Source: an uncultured Heliomicrobium sp. (lineage in GTDB: Bacteria > Acidobacteriota > Blastocatellia > RBC074). Taken from it: a stretch of DNA of 58,800 nucleotides. Below are positions 18,334 to 27,726 of the stretch, piece after piece. Each line of letters starts with the position of its first letter. Within the stretch, counting starts at the first letter, position 1. Location: contig CAZXZU010000003.1 in assembly GCA_964645355.1 (NCBI GenBank), positions 1 through 58,800 of the forward strand, in the 5' to 3' direction. The notes under the pieces were generated by a model. The model did no database searches. It was not told the DNA's origin and saw nothing but the letters and a program-made list of their open reading frames with translations. The translations under genes were made by a program, and so were the position numbers.

Positions 18334-21300
18334 ATGCGACACCTTTATAGTAAAGCTGCCAAGTCATTGGGATTGACGCTTGCACTGTTACTGACAGTGG
18401 GGCTTTTGCCCGGTTTGGCTTCGGCTCAAGTGCTTTATGGATCGTTGGTTGGTAACGTAGCCGACCAAAACGGCGCAGTCATTGCCGGCGCGACTGTGAC
18501 GCTGACAAACAAAGGCACCAGCCAAACTCGCCAATCCATAACCAATTCAGATGGCGAGTTTTCAATCGTCAACGTTCTGCCAGGTGAATACGACCTGAAA
18601 GTCACCAAGCAGGGATTTACGACCCACACCAAAACCGGTTTAGTCGTAACCGCCAATAACGCAATACGCGCCGATGTGGCGCTGAACATCGGCAACGTCA
18701 CGGACGTTGTTTCGGTCGCGGCTGACGCAACCGTTTTGCAGACCGAATCCGCAACCGTCAAATCGGAAGTCAGCAGCAAGGAAATTCAGGCCATCCCGCT
18801 GGCGGCTTATCGTAACTACCAATCCATCATCAACCTGGTTCCCGGCACCACGACCGGACGTTTCCAGAACGCGCAAACCGACACGCCTGAAATGTCGCTG
18901 ACCACCAACGTCAACGGCACTGCGCGCAACAACAACAACACCCGTTTGGACGGCGCGACCAGCGTCAATATCTGGTTGCCGCACCATACGGCTTATGTTC
19001 CGCCGTCGGAATCCATTGCCGAAGTGAACGTTTCGACCAACAACTTCGACGCCGAACAGGGTCTGGCGGGCGGCGCGGCCATCACGGTCATCTCGAAATC
19101 GGGAACGAACCAATATCACGGCTCGGCTTTCGCCTATCACGACAATCACAAGTTCCGCGCGAAAAACTACTTCCAGGCCAATCAGGTCATCATTGGCGGA
19201 CAGACGATCAATACGCCGAACAAACCCAAGCTGCTCCGCACGATTCCCGGCGGAACCATTGGCGGGCCGATCAAGAAAGACAAGCTGTTTTTCTTCGGCA
19301 GTTGGGAAGGGATGTTTGAAGGCCAGATTGCCGACGGGCGTTTCACCGTGCCGACGGCGGATCAGCGCGCGGGCAATTTCAGCGCCTTCAACACAACAAT
19401 TTATGACCCAACAACGGGCAGCATCAATGGAACCGGGCGCACCGCCTTTACCAATGCGACGATTCCGACCAATCGCATCAACCCGATTGCCACGAAGCTG
19501 TTGGCTCTGATTCCGGCGGCGAACCTGCCAGGCACGACCAACAACTATTACAACTCAGCGCCGATGTCGCTGGATCGCAACAATTACGACGTAAAGGTGA
19601 ACTGGAACAGAACCCAAGCCCACCAAATCTGGACGAAGTTCAGCCACATGAAAGCTGATGCTCAGGCGGAATTCGCTTTGGGCGCTGCCGGCGGCCCGGG
19701 ACTTTGCGTCGGAACCTGCGGCAGCGGAACCGGCATCACCAAATCTTATGTCGGCACGGTCGGCCACACCTGGACGATTGGCAGCGGCTTCATCGTTGAT
19801 GGAAATTTCTCCGTCACGCAACGCACTCAATCGGTGTTGGGGCCGGATTATGGCAAGAACATCGGAACGGATGTCCTTGGCATTCCCGGCACGAACGGTT
19901 CCGATATTCGCCAGAGCGGCTTCCCGCAATTCAACTTCAACACTTACACCGGTCTGGGCAACCAGAACAACTGGAGTCCGATTTTCCGCGATGAGCGCAG
20001 TTACACGTTCACGCAAAACGCTTCGAAAATCGTCAAGAACCACGACATTCGTTTCGGAGCCGACATCGTCAAACACGAATTGACTCACTGGCAGCCGGAA
20101 ATTGGCGCCGGCCCGCGCGGACGTTTCAATTTCACCGGTCGTGAAACGACGCTCAACGGCGGAGCAGGTCCCAATCAGTACAATTCGTTTGCGGCTTTCC
20201 TGTTGGGAACCCCAAATAACGTTGAAAAGAGTCTGCAATACGAAACGATGACCACGCGCGAATGGCAACTGGGCTTTTTCGTTCGTGATCGTTGGCAGGC
20301 CACTCGCAACCTGACTTTTACCCTGGGTCTGCGTTACGAGCTTTACCCGATCATGCATCGCGCGGATCGCGGCATCGAATTGCTGGATTTGAATTCTCCT
20401 GTAACGCGCAATGCCGCGGGCGCTCTGACCGGCAACATGCAAGTGTTGCTCGGCGGTCGCGGCGGCAACGAAAGCTCCCTGGGAGTGTCTTCCAGCACGA
20501 AGCTGTTCGCTCCTCGCCTGGGCTTTGCCTATCGCCTGGGTGACAACACGGTCATTCGCGGCGGTTACGGTTTGACTTATGACCCGATGCCGTTTGGCCG
20601 TCCGCTGCGTGGTTTCTACCCGCTGACGATTGCCCAAACCTTCATTTCAACGGCGGCTGGAGCCAGCCAGTTGTTCACCCCGTTCGGCACGCTTTCCAGC
20701 ACGGTCGGCATCCCGAACTTCACCGGTCCTGACCTGACTAAAGCGCGCGTTGATCTGCCGGGCACGGTGCAAATGAGAACTCCGTATCCGGGTCAGTTGC
20801 ATCGCGGCTACATTCAATCCTGGAACCTGTTTGTCGAGCGCAAACTCATTTCGGACATCAAAATCGAAGTGGGTTATGTGGGGACACAAACCGTCCGCGC
20901 ATTAGGCGACACCGAAGGCAACGCAGCCGAACCCGGCGGCGTTCAACCGCTCAACGCCAAATACGGCCGCACCGCCAGCACTCTGCTGTGGGACGGCCAG
21001 TTCAGCGCGAACTATCACGCCTTGCAAGTGGCCGTAAATCGCCGCTTTGCCAATGGCCTGTTCCTGAAGGGCGCTTACACCTGGTCGAAAGCCATCAACA
21101 TGACCGACGACACGGGCTGGGCGGGATTGACCTTCAACTCGCCTTCACAACGTGGCCGTAACCGCGCTCTGGCCGGTTACGACATTCCGCATAACTTCAA
21201 CATCGGCAGCGCTTACGAACTGCCTTTCGGCAAAGGCAAGAAATGGGCCAGTGACGGCGCAACCGCCAGCGTTCTTGGCGGCTGGTCTGTCAGCACAGTC

Positions 21301-21744
21301 CTGAGCGCGGTGCAGGGTCGTCCGTTTACCGTCTCGGCGGACGGCGGTTCGGCCAACGCTCCCGGTGCTGGAACGCAAACTCCCGATTTGATCGCCAAAT
21401 CGAATAAGATCGGCGGCGTCGGCACGACGGTCATCGGCGGCACGGATCAGTTGTTCTATGATCCGGCGGCTTTCCGTTTGGTCACCGGCGCGGCTCGTTT
21501 CGGTTCGGCTGGACGCAACATCCTGCGCGGACCCGGTTACGGCAACATTGACGTGTCATTGCTGCGTACCTTCCGCCTTACCGAAGGCATGACGCTGGAC
21601 TTCCGTGTTGATTCGTTCAACTTCACCAACACGCCGCACTTCAACAACCCGAACAGCAATATGTCGGGCGGGCGCTTCCTGGTCATCACCAGCGCGGCGC
21701 AGGATCAGCGGCAATTCCGCTTCGGCTTGCGCCTGGGCTTCTAA
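18334..21744 (+). CDS. TonB-dependent outer-membrane receptor with N-terminal carboxypeptidase-regulatory-like domain
   Basis: 1136 aa with GAGGAG upstream and a signal peptide. GSLVGNVADQNGAVIAGATVTLTNKGT...SDGEFSIVNVLPGEYDLKVTKQGF is a CarboxypepD_reg domain. The C-terminus ...FRFGLRLGF ends in an aromatic residue, as expected for a beta-barrel. Confidence 0.85.
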   Translation: MRHLYSKAAKSLGLTLALLLTVGLLPGLASAQVLYGSLVGNVADQNGAVIAGATVTLTNKGTSQTRQSITNSDGEFSIVNVLPGEYDLKVTKQGFTTHTKTGLVVTANNAIRADVALNIGNVTDVVSVAADATVLQTESATVKSEVSSKEIQAIPLAAYRNYQSIINLVPGTTTGRFQNAQTDTPEMSLTTNVNGTARNNNNTRLDGATSVNIWLPHHTAYVPPSESIAEVNVSTNNFDAEQGLAGGAAITVISKSGTNQYHGSAFAYHDNHKFRAKNYFQANQVIIGGQTINTPNKPKLLRTIPGGTIGGPIKKDKLFFFGSWEGMFEGQIADGRFTVPTADQRAGNFSAFNTTIYDPTTGSINGTGRTAFTNATIPTNRINPIATKLLALIPAANLPGTTNNYYNSAPMSLDRNNYDVKVNWNRTQAHQIWTKFSHMKADAQAEFALGAAGGPGLCVGTCGSGTGITKSYVGTVGHTWTIGSGFIVDGNFSVTQRTQSVLGPDYGKNIGTDVLGIPGTNGSDIRQSGFPQFNFNTYTGLGNQNNWSPIFRDERSYTFTQNASKIVKNHDIRFGADIVKHELTHWQPEIGAGPRGRFNFTGRETTLNGGAGPNQYNSFAAFLLGTPNNVEKSLQYETMTTREWQLGFFVRDRWQATRNLTFTLGLRYELYPIMHRADRGIELLDLNSPVTRNAAGALTGNMQVLLGGRGGNESSLGVSSSTKLFAPRLGFAYRLGDNTVIRGGYGLTYDPMPFGRPLRGFYPLTIAQTFISTAAGASQLFTPFGTLSSTVGIPNFTGPDLTKARVDLPGTVQMRTPYPGQLHRGYIQSWNLFVERKLISDIKIEVGYVGTQTVRALGDTEGNAAEPGGVQPLNAKYGRTASTLLWDGQFSANYHALQVAVNRRFANGLFLKGAYTWSKAINMTDDTGWAGLTFNSPSQRGRNRALAGYDIPHNFNIGSAYELPFGKGKKWASDGATASVLGGWSVSTVLSAVQGRPFTVSADGGSANAPGAGTQTPDLIAKSNKIGGVGTTVIGGTDQLFYDPAAFRLVTGAARFGSAGRNILRGPGYGNIDVSLLRTFRLTEGMTLDFRVDSFNFTNTPHFNNPNSNMSGGRFLVITSAAQDQRQFRFGLRLGF

Positions 21745-21777
21745 GGCCAGAGCTTCAATCGAAGCGCGATCAAAAAA

Positions 21778-21814
21778 AGACGGCAGAGCATCAAAACTCT
21801 GCCGTCTTTTTTTT
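21778..21814 (+). terminator. intrinsic terminator after the receptor gene
   Basis: AGACGGCAGAG (21778-21788), loop CATCAAAA, CTCTGCCGTCT (21797-21807), then a T7 run. An A-run upstream makes it potentially bidirectional. Confidence 0.85.
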
Positions 21815-21892
21815 CGGCGACGACAAATTTCCGCAACCTGATTTTTTGCATTCGGGGAAATGTGCTATTTTCCGCGCCAAGCGAGGTTGATT

Positions 21893-22624
21893 ATGAGTAC
21901 AGCACAACGTGAATTGCTAAAAACAATTGAATACCCGGAATCGGACGGTGAGCCTATGGCTGAAACTCAGGTGCATGCGGAATTGATGATTGACTTGCGA
22001 TTCGGGCTGCGGAACTTTTTTCGCCACGATCCGCAAACTTACGTCGGCGTCAACATGCTGATGTATTACGTCGAGGGCAATCCGCGAAAAAGCGTCGCGC
22101 CAGACGTATTTGTCGTTCGCAACAACAGCAAAGAACCCAAACGCCGAATCTGGAAAGTTTGGGAAGAAGGCAAAGCTCCGGACGTGGTAATTGAATTGTC
22201 TTCAGCCAGCACCTTTGAAGAAGACCTGCAAAAAAAATGGCACGTGTACAGCCAGATGGGCGTCCAGGAGTATTACATCTTCGATCCGCTGTATGAATTC
22301 CTGAAACGCCCGCTGCTGGCTTATCGGCTGGAAGGCGGCGAACTAATCCGCGTGATTCCAAATCAAGGCGTAGTCAGCAGCCATGCACTTGGACTGGATT
22401 TGGTTGATACCGGTGAAACCCTCCGGTTACGTGATCCGCGAACAGGCGAATTCCTGCTGACAGAACAGGAAGAAACCGAACGCGCCGAGCGGGAAGCAAA
22501 GCGCGCCGAGCAGGAAGCAAAGCGCGCTGAATACGCAATCGCGGCCAGTGTTGCCGCAGAAGCCAAAGCCGCCAAGCTGGCGGGAAAATTACTAGAACTA
22601 GGCATTGACCCGAATCAATTGTGA
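21893..22624 (+). CDS. Uma2-family (DUF820) restriction-endonuclease-fold protein
   Basis: EYPESDGEPMAETQVHAELMIDL...PDVFVV...PDVVIELSS are the Uma2 motifs. The C-terminus is a charged coiled coil (ERAEREAKRAEQEAKRAE...LLELGIDPNQL). The start is taken at ATG 21893, which is preceded by GAGG. Confidence 0.75.
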   Translation: MSTAQRELLKTIEYPESDGEPMAETQVHAELMIDLRFGLRNFFRHDPQTYVGVNMLMYYVEGNPRKSVAPDVFVVRNNSKEPKRRIWKVWEEGKAPDVVIELSSASTFEEDLQKKWHVYSQMGVQEYYIFDPLYEFLKRPLLAYRLEGGELIRVIPNQGVVSSHALGLDLVDTGETLRLRDPRTGEFLLTEQEETERAEREAKRAEQEAKRAEYAIAASVAAEAKAAKLAGKLLELGIDPNQL

Positions 22625-22662
22625 AGCCGCCGTTTGTTTCCAGTGGCCACCGATTTCCACTG

Positions 22663-24483
22663 TCACCGCTTCCATTCACTGCCTGTTCCCTGCTTCAACA
22701 CATTCAGCGAATCCATTTTGACCTTTGCCCAAAACTCACGCGAACCGTTCGGCCAGACGACGCCGACGCCTTCGATTGCCGCTTCCTTGCCCAGGCCGAA
22801 ATGCGCGCGCGGATCGTTCGCCGCCAGATAGCTGCCGTCGGTGTGAACGCGCGACCAAAGCGGCTTGCCGGTTTTGCGAATCACAGCCACGCGAGCGCCA
22901 ATGCCGTCGCGGTTGTCTTTGACGCCAATCAACTTCACTTGCAGCCAGTGGTTGGTCTTCGCGCTTTGATTCAGCATCAACCGTGCCGGGCCGTTGTTGT
23001 TGGCAACCAGCACATCAACGTCTCCGTCGTTATCAATGTCGCCGAAAGCGGCTGAGCGGCTGACTTCAGCCAATTGCAAAGCGGCTCCGGCTTCGTCTGT
23101 GACTTCGCGGAAAACCCGCTGCCTACCGGTCGCGGTACTGACTCGACCTGCCGCTTCATTGTGAAAAAGCTGATTGCGCTGATGGAACGGGTAAGGCTGC
23201 CCACGAAGGCTCGGCATCAAAGTCACCGCGCCGTTGGCCGCAAACAAATCCAGCCAGCCGTCGTTGTCATAATCCAGCCACGACACGCCGAAACCTGTCG
23301 AAAGAAAGCTGGCCTGAGCAAGATTGAAATCCGCCGTCGCGTCGTCGAACAAACCTTTGCCGTTATTTTTGTAAAGCGTGCTGCCTTCTTTGGTCAGGTT
23401 GGTGACCAGCAAATCTTCGTCGCCATCGTTGTCTATGTCGCCAGCCGTGACGCCCATTCCAGCGCGTGGCGCTCCGTCGGCGGAATAAGCCGCGCCGGCC
23501 ATCAAACCGCCTTCTTCAAATTTGCCGCCGCCCCCGGAATTCTTAACGCCGAGCCAGAGCAAGTTGGCCGCGCCGTCGTTGGCGACGTAAATATCCGTCA
23601 AACCGTCGCCGTTGAAATCCGCGCAAATCACGCCCAAGCCCGGCCCGAAAGCCGAACCGATTCCCGACGATTGAGTCGCGTCAACAAACTTGCCCCCTCC
23701 TGTCTGTGTGCTTTCGTTGTGAAACAGGCGGTCAGGCACGGGACGGTAAGCCGACGGCGAACAATAATCCGGTTCGCCGGTCGGGGCGAAGCATTGCTTG
23801 TTGCCTTTAACCGTGAAATCAACGTAGTTGCAGACGAACAAGTCCAGCCGCCCGTCGTGGTCGTAATCCACAAACGCCGCGCTGCTGCTCCAACGCGGGT
23901 CATCAAGTCCGGCACCGGCTTGAGCCGTCACGTCTGTAAACGTCCCATTGCCGTTGTTTCGATAAAGCACGTTCGCGCCGAAGTTCGTCACGTAAAGATC
24001 AACGTCGCCGTCATTGTCGTAATCGCCCGTCGCCGCGCCCATCCCGTAAGCGACCAGGCCAACTCCGGCGGCTTCGGTCACGTCCGCGAATTTCAGCTTG
24101 CCGCTGGGAATGAGTTCGTTGCGAAAGAGCCGATTGCCCGGCTTGAAGTCTTTCGGCGGCGGAAATTTCAGCTTGACGTTTTCAGCGGAGTTGAGCTTTG
24201 TGCCTTGCAGCAGATAAACGTCCAGGTCGCCGTCGTTGTCGTAATCAAACAACGCCGCGCCTGCGCCCATCATTTCAGCCATGAAGAATTCGCCTGTCGC
24301 GCCGGTGAAGTGATGAAAGTTCAAGCCGGTTTCAGCGGCGACTTCACGAAACAACGGCTGTTGAGCCGCTGAAAAATCAAAAGGCAAAAGGCAAAAGACA
24401 AAAGGCAAAAATAAGTAAAGGAAAGTTCCGACCTTTTGATTTTTGATTTTTGATTTTTGCCTTTTGATTTCTGTGGTCTTCAT
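22663..24483 (-). CDS. ASPIC/UnbV-type FG-GAP/VCBS repeat protein (CRTAC1 family), secreted
   Basis: 606 aa with repeated DYDNDGDxDLxV / [14 protein letters not shown] modules and a C-terminal UnbV-like block (GIGARVAV...[19 protein letters not shown]). Its start overlaps the upstream TPR stop by 4 nt (ATGA). Confidence 0.8.
   Translation of the reverse strand: MKTTEIKRQKSKIKNQKVGTFLYLFLPFVFCLLPFDFSAAQQPLFREVAAETGLNFHHFTGATGEFFMAEMMGAGAALFDYDNDGDLDVYLLQGTKLNSAENVKLKFPPPKDFKPGNRLFRNELIPSGKLKFADVTEAAGVGLVAYGMGAATGDYDNDGDVDLYVTNFGANVLYRNNGNGTFTDVTAQAGAGLDDPRWSSSAAFVDYDHDGRLDLFVCNYVDFTVKGNKQCFAPTGEPDYCSPSAYRPVPDRLFHNESTQTGGGKFVDATQSSGIGSAFGPGLGVICADFNGDGLTDIYVANDGAANLLWLGVKNSGGGGKFEEGGLMAGAAYSADGAPRAGMGVTAGDIDNDGDEDLLVTNLTKEGSTLYKNNGKGLFDDATADFNLAQASFLSTGFGVSWLDYDNDGWLDLFAANGAVTLMPSLRGQPYPFHQRNQLFHNEAAGRVSTATGRQRVFREVTDEAGAALQLAEVSRSAAFGDIDNDGDVDVLVANNNGPARLMLNQSAKTNHWLQVKLIGVKDNRDGIGARVAVIRKTGKPLWSRVHTDGSYLAANDPRAHFGLGKEAAIEGVGVVWPNGSREFWAKVKMDSLNVLKQGTGSEWKR
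23117..23142. repeat. family-A palindromic element, single arm, inside the ASPIC/UnbV CDS
   Basis: CGCTGCCTACCGGTCGCGGTACTGAC, translated on the minus strand as (R)VSTATGRQR. Confidence 0.75.
24374..24470. repeat. A/T-rich periodic 7-nt-unit palindrome that encodes the N-terminus of the ASPIC/UnbV protein
   Basis: AAATCAAAAGGCAAAA (24374-24389) pairs perfectly with TTTTGCCTTTTGATTT (24455-24470). The arms are tandem CAAAAGG and TTTTTGA units. Confidence 0.75.
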
Positions 24484-25970
24484 CGCTCTTGCTCCAAAAT
24501 TTTCAAATCTCTTTCGATCTGCGCCAGCAACTCCGTTTGCTTCAGCGCCGCCGCCTTGTCACGTGCGAGTCTGGCGAACTTCAATCCGTTGGCTTTGTCG
24601 CCGGCGCGAGCATAAGCCGCCGCCAGCGCGTAAGTGAATCGCGGAGTTTCGCCATCTTCAGGCGTCAACGTTTGCCGCAAATGTTCAATCGCTTCGGGCA
24701 GACGTTTTTTGTAAATCAACATTCTAGCCAGTTGAAAATGCGCCAGCCGAAAATTGGGTTTGTGTTCAACCGCCAATTCATAATGCTTCGCGGCCTCGTC
24801 GAATTTTTGCTCAGCTTCCAGCGAAGCGCCGTAATTCAAATGAGCTTCGGCAAAACCCGGATTGGCTTCGATGGCGCGGGCAAAAGCCTGCACGGCTTCG
24901 GCAAAACGTTTCTGCTCCGCCAGCGTGACGCCGAAATTGTAATGCGCTTCGGCCAGATTCGGATTCAACGCGATGGCTGCGCGGTAATGCTCTTCGGCTT
25001 TTGACGGCTGGCGCGTTCGACCGTAAAGCTGAATCAGGTTGACGCGGACTTGCAGATATTGCGGATTGATTTCCAGCGCACGCAGATGTTCTGCGATTGA
25101 TTCTTCCAATCGGCCTTCGGCTTCAAGCGCCACGCCGCGCCGCAAACGATCAGCCGCGCCAGTGTTCAAATCGGCGACTGCGTTCATCAACGGATCAGGC
25201 AGAAAAGGCCGAACGAGTTTGTTTTGCTGAGACAACTGCAAATGCTCAGCGGTTTTCGCCGCGTCGCCAGCGTCCCGGTAAGCCAGCGCCAAAGCGTAAT
25301 GCGCCGCTCCCCACGAAGGCGACAACTCAACGGCTTTTCGCAAATTATCAATCGCGGACTTGTCGCCGAGCTTCGCCCCAAGTTTCAAGATGATTCGGCC
25401 AAGCCCGTAAAACGCCTGAGCCGTGCGCGGCTCTTTGGCGATGATGGTTTCATAAAGCTTGCGGCTTTCGGCCAGTTCGTTTAGCGCAAACAGCGAATCG
25501 GCAAGCCGCAATTGCGCTGGCAGATAGTAAGGCTTTTTCGCCAAAGCTTCGCGGAAAGTTGAGGCGGCTTCGGCGTGTTTGCCGAGCGCCGATTGGCAAA
25601 CCGCCAACAGATAAATCCATTGAAACTCGTTCGGCTGAAGCCGTCGCGCTCGTTGATAAATCGCCGCCGCCAGTTCGTGATCTTCGTAAGTCTGCAAAAG
25701 CATCGCCAGCCGCCCGACCGCGCCAGCATCGTTGGGATTGTTTCTAGCTCCTTCGTCGGCCTGTTTGACTTGTTCGCGTATGCCCGGGCCGAAGTTGTCG
25801 AATGTGATTTTTGGAAGTTCAGTTGGAGTTTGGGCTTGCACAGAAAGCGTCAACATCACAAAAACCATTTCACCGCAGAGGCGCAGAGCAACGCAGAGAC
25901 TTCGCGGAGAAAAGCCTCTGCGAAACCTCTGCGGTTCTTTGCGTCTCTGCGGTGAAAAAAGGGTTCTCAT
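24480..25970 (-). CDS. TPR-repeat protein
   Basis: Many 34-aa TPR units (e.g. [32 protein letters not shown]). Start is uncertain. ATG 25970 gives an ATGA overlap with the upstream stop. ATG 25868 lies immediately after a palindromic element. The ORF-track start is 25991. Confidence 0.8.
   Translation of the reverse strand: MRTLFSPQRRKEPQRFRRGFSPRSLCVALRLCGEMVFVMLTLSVQAQTPTELPKITFDNFGPGIREQVKQADEGARNNPNDAGAVGRLAMLLQTYEDHELAAAIYQRARRLQPNEFQWIYLLAVCQSALGKHAEAASTFREALAKKPYYLPAQLRLADSLFALNELAESRKLYETIIAKEPRTAQAFYGLGRIILKLGAKLGDKSAIDNLRKAVELSPSWGAAHYALALAYRDAGDAAKTAEHLQLSQQNKLVRPFLPDPLMNAVADLNTGAADRLRRGVALEAEGRLEESIAEHLRALEINPQYLQVRVNLIQLYGRTRQPSKAEEHYRAAIALNPNLAEAHYNFGVTLAEQKRFAEAVQAFARAIEANPGFAEAHLNYGASLEAEQKFDEAAKHYELAVEHKPNFRLAHFQLARMLIYKKRLPEAIEHLRQTLTPEDGETPRFTYALAAAYARAGDKANGLKFARLARDKAAALKQTELLAQIERDLKILEQER
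25869..25956. repeat. periodic-unit palindrome (CTCTGCG/CGCAGAG units) at the hydrolase-TPR gene junction
   Basis: Arms 25869-25910 and 25915-25956 are imperfect reverse complements: TTCACCGCAGAGGCGCAGAGCAACGCAGAGAC... versus ...GTCTCTGCGGTGAA. The loop is AAAG. Confidence 0.75.
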
Positions 25971-27613
25971 TTCAGTTTTGCTTTCAACCATTCAACCAGC
26001 TTCGTTTTGTAACCCAGCCATTCGGCGTGGCCTTCCCAGTTTTCGATTCCGTGCGGGGCGCCAGCCACATCAAATTTTTCGTAACTTGCGCCTACTCGAT
26101 CAAGTTCTTTCTCGAGCGCGACGGCTTGGGCGTGCAGCCTGTCAGCCGTTCCTTGAATCAGCAACAGCGGCGGCATCTTCCGGTGAACTGCCGTGATGGG
26201 CGAAAACCGCCGCAGCATGTTCATCGCGTAATCGTTCTTTTCCGTCAGCCCAAACAATCGCGCAGGAATCGAACGCGGCGAAAAATCCACTGCCATCGGC
26301 AGAAAATCGTAAACGCCGTAAAACGAGACAACCGCACTGACCTTGACCACCCCGTCCACAGCCGTCTGAGCGACCATCTGCCCGCTGGCCGATTCACCTA
26401 TGAGCGCGATCCGGTTCGGGTCAATGTTGAACGCTTTGGCGTTTTCACGAATGAACTCGATTGCCGCGCGCAAATCTCTGATTTGTTCCTGATGCCGGAC
26501 ATGCGGCGTCAGCCGGTAATCAATCGAAAACCACGCGAAGCCTGCTTTGGCCAGCGGCTCAAACAGCGGCGCGACGTAAGTTACTTTGTCGCCCGCTTCC
26601 CAGCCTCCGCCGTGAACGATGATTATTGCCGGACGCGGCGCTTTGCCCGGCGGCAAGTAAGCGTCCAGCTTCAAGTTGTGGCGCGGGCTGAAGACGATGT
26701 TTTTCTTCAGCTTGGTTGTGTATGGCCGGTGATCAGGCTTCGACAAATTCACTTGCTGCCCTAGCCAGGCGGTCAGCAAACCTTTGTAACCCCACTGAGT
26801 CGGCAACCAGTTTTCGGCGCGGTGAATCGCTCCGTCAACGGCTATGTATTCGCAACTTCGACCGGCGGCGCGCATGGCTTCGCAAAACTGCCCGGCTTGT
26901 TGCGGCGTAGCTTCGCGGTCGTTCGCGCCGTGAACAATCAGAGTTGGCAAAGTTGGCTGAGCCGGAAGTTGGCGAAGATCGTAAAAGCCGCCGATGCCGA
27001 CAACGGCTTTGATTCCCGGCGTTTTTTCGGCAGCCATCAGCGCCAGACTCGCGCCTGTGTCTTCGCCAAGCAAAGCGATGTTGTCAGGATCAATTCGGAA
27101 CTCGCGCGCGTGGCAGCGAATGAATTCAACGGCGGCGCGAACATCGTCAACCGATTCGGCTGCGCGGCTTGCGCCGGTTTTGCGGTAATCAATCGAAAAC
27201 CAGTTGTAACCGGCGGCGGTCAGCAGCTCCAGAAACTGCCCCGTGAAGCTGACTCGGCTGCCGCTTTCCCAATTGCCACCGTGAATGACAACAACCGCCG
27301 GGCGCTTGTCGCCGCGTTTCTGCGCGTAAGCATCCAGCGACAATTCGACGCCGTCCACTTGGCGATAAACTATGTCGCCCATCACGCCGGGCACGATGTA
27401 ATTGCCTTCGGGGTTGCGGACGTTGATCGGCAGGCAGGCATTGGAACGGTACCGCGCGCGTAAGCAAGCGGCAGGTTCCGCAGAAAACCGCTTGCTGACG
27501 CGCGCGGTACCGTAACCGCGATTCAATGGCGAATGGTCAATGGCGAATGCGTCCAACTGGCTCAACGCAATCAACCAAACAATCGCCAAACAGATTTTCT
27601 TTACGGGATTCAT
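25967..27613 (-). CDS. tandem double alpha/beta-hydrolase (esterase/lipase-type) secreted protein
   Basis: There are two HGG boxes ([18 protein letters not shown]) and two nucleophile elbows (GEDTGAS, GESASGQ). The start is taken at ATG 27613, giving the signal peptide [24 protein letters not shown]. The ORF-track start is 27664. Confidence 0.75.
   Translation of the reverse strand: MNPVKKICLAIVWLIALSQLDAFAIDHSPLNRGYGTARVSKRFSAEPAACLRARYRSNACLPINVRNPEGNYIVPGVMGDIVYRQVDGVELSLDAYAQKRGDKRPAVVVIHGGNWESGSRVSFTGQFLELLTAAGYNWFSIDYRKTGASRAAESVDDVRAAVEFIRCHAREFRIDPDNIALLGEDTGASLALMAAEKTPGIKAVVGIGGFYDLRQLPAQPTLPTLIVHGANDREATPQQAGQFCEAMRAAGRSCEYIAVDGAIHRAENWLPTQWGYKGLLTAWLGQQVNLSKPDHRPYTTKLKKNIVFSPRHNLKLDAYLPPGKAPRPAIIIVHGGGWEAGDKVTYVAPLFEPLAKAGFAWFSIDYRLTPHVRHQEQIRDLRAAIEFIRENAKAFNIDPNRIALIGESASGQMVAQTAVDGVVKVSAVVSFYGVYDFLPMAVDFSPRSIPARLFGLTEKNDYAMNMLRRFSPITAVHRKMPPLLLIQGTADRLHAQAVALEKELDRVGASYEKFDVAGAPHGIENWEGHAEWLGYKTKLVEWLKAKLK
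27446..27513. repeat. family-A palindromic element (subtype 2 arms) inside the hydrolase CDS
   Basis: ACGGTACCGCGCGCGTAAGCAAGCGG (27446-27471) against CCGCTTGCTGACGCGCGCGGTACCGT (27488-27513), with one mismatch. Translated as [25 protein letters not shown]. Confidence 0.8.
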
Positions 27614-27726
27614 CGGCCAAAGAGATAGCACAGAACAGCGCAGCGAGGTAGCGCCAACAGCCAATTTGAGTTACAACTTGCCGCCGTCAATCCAACCCAC
27701 TTTGGGTCCATTTTCAGGAAGGTGTT

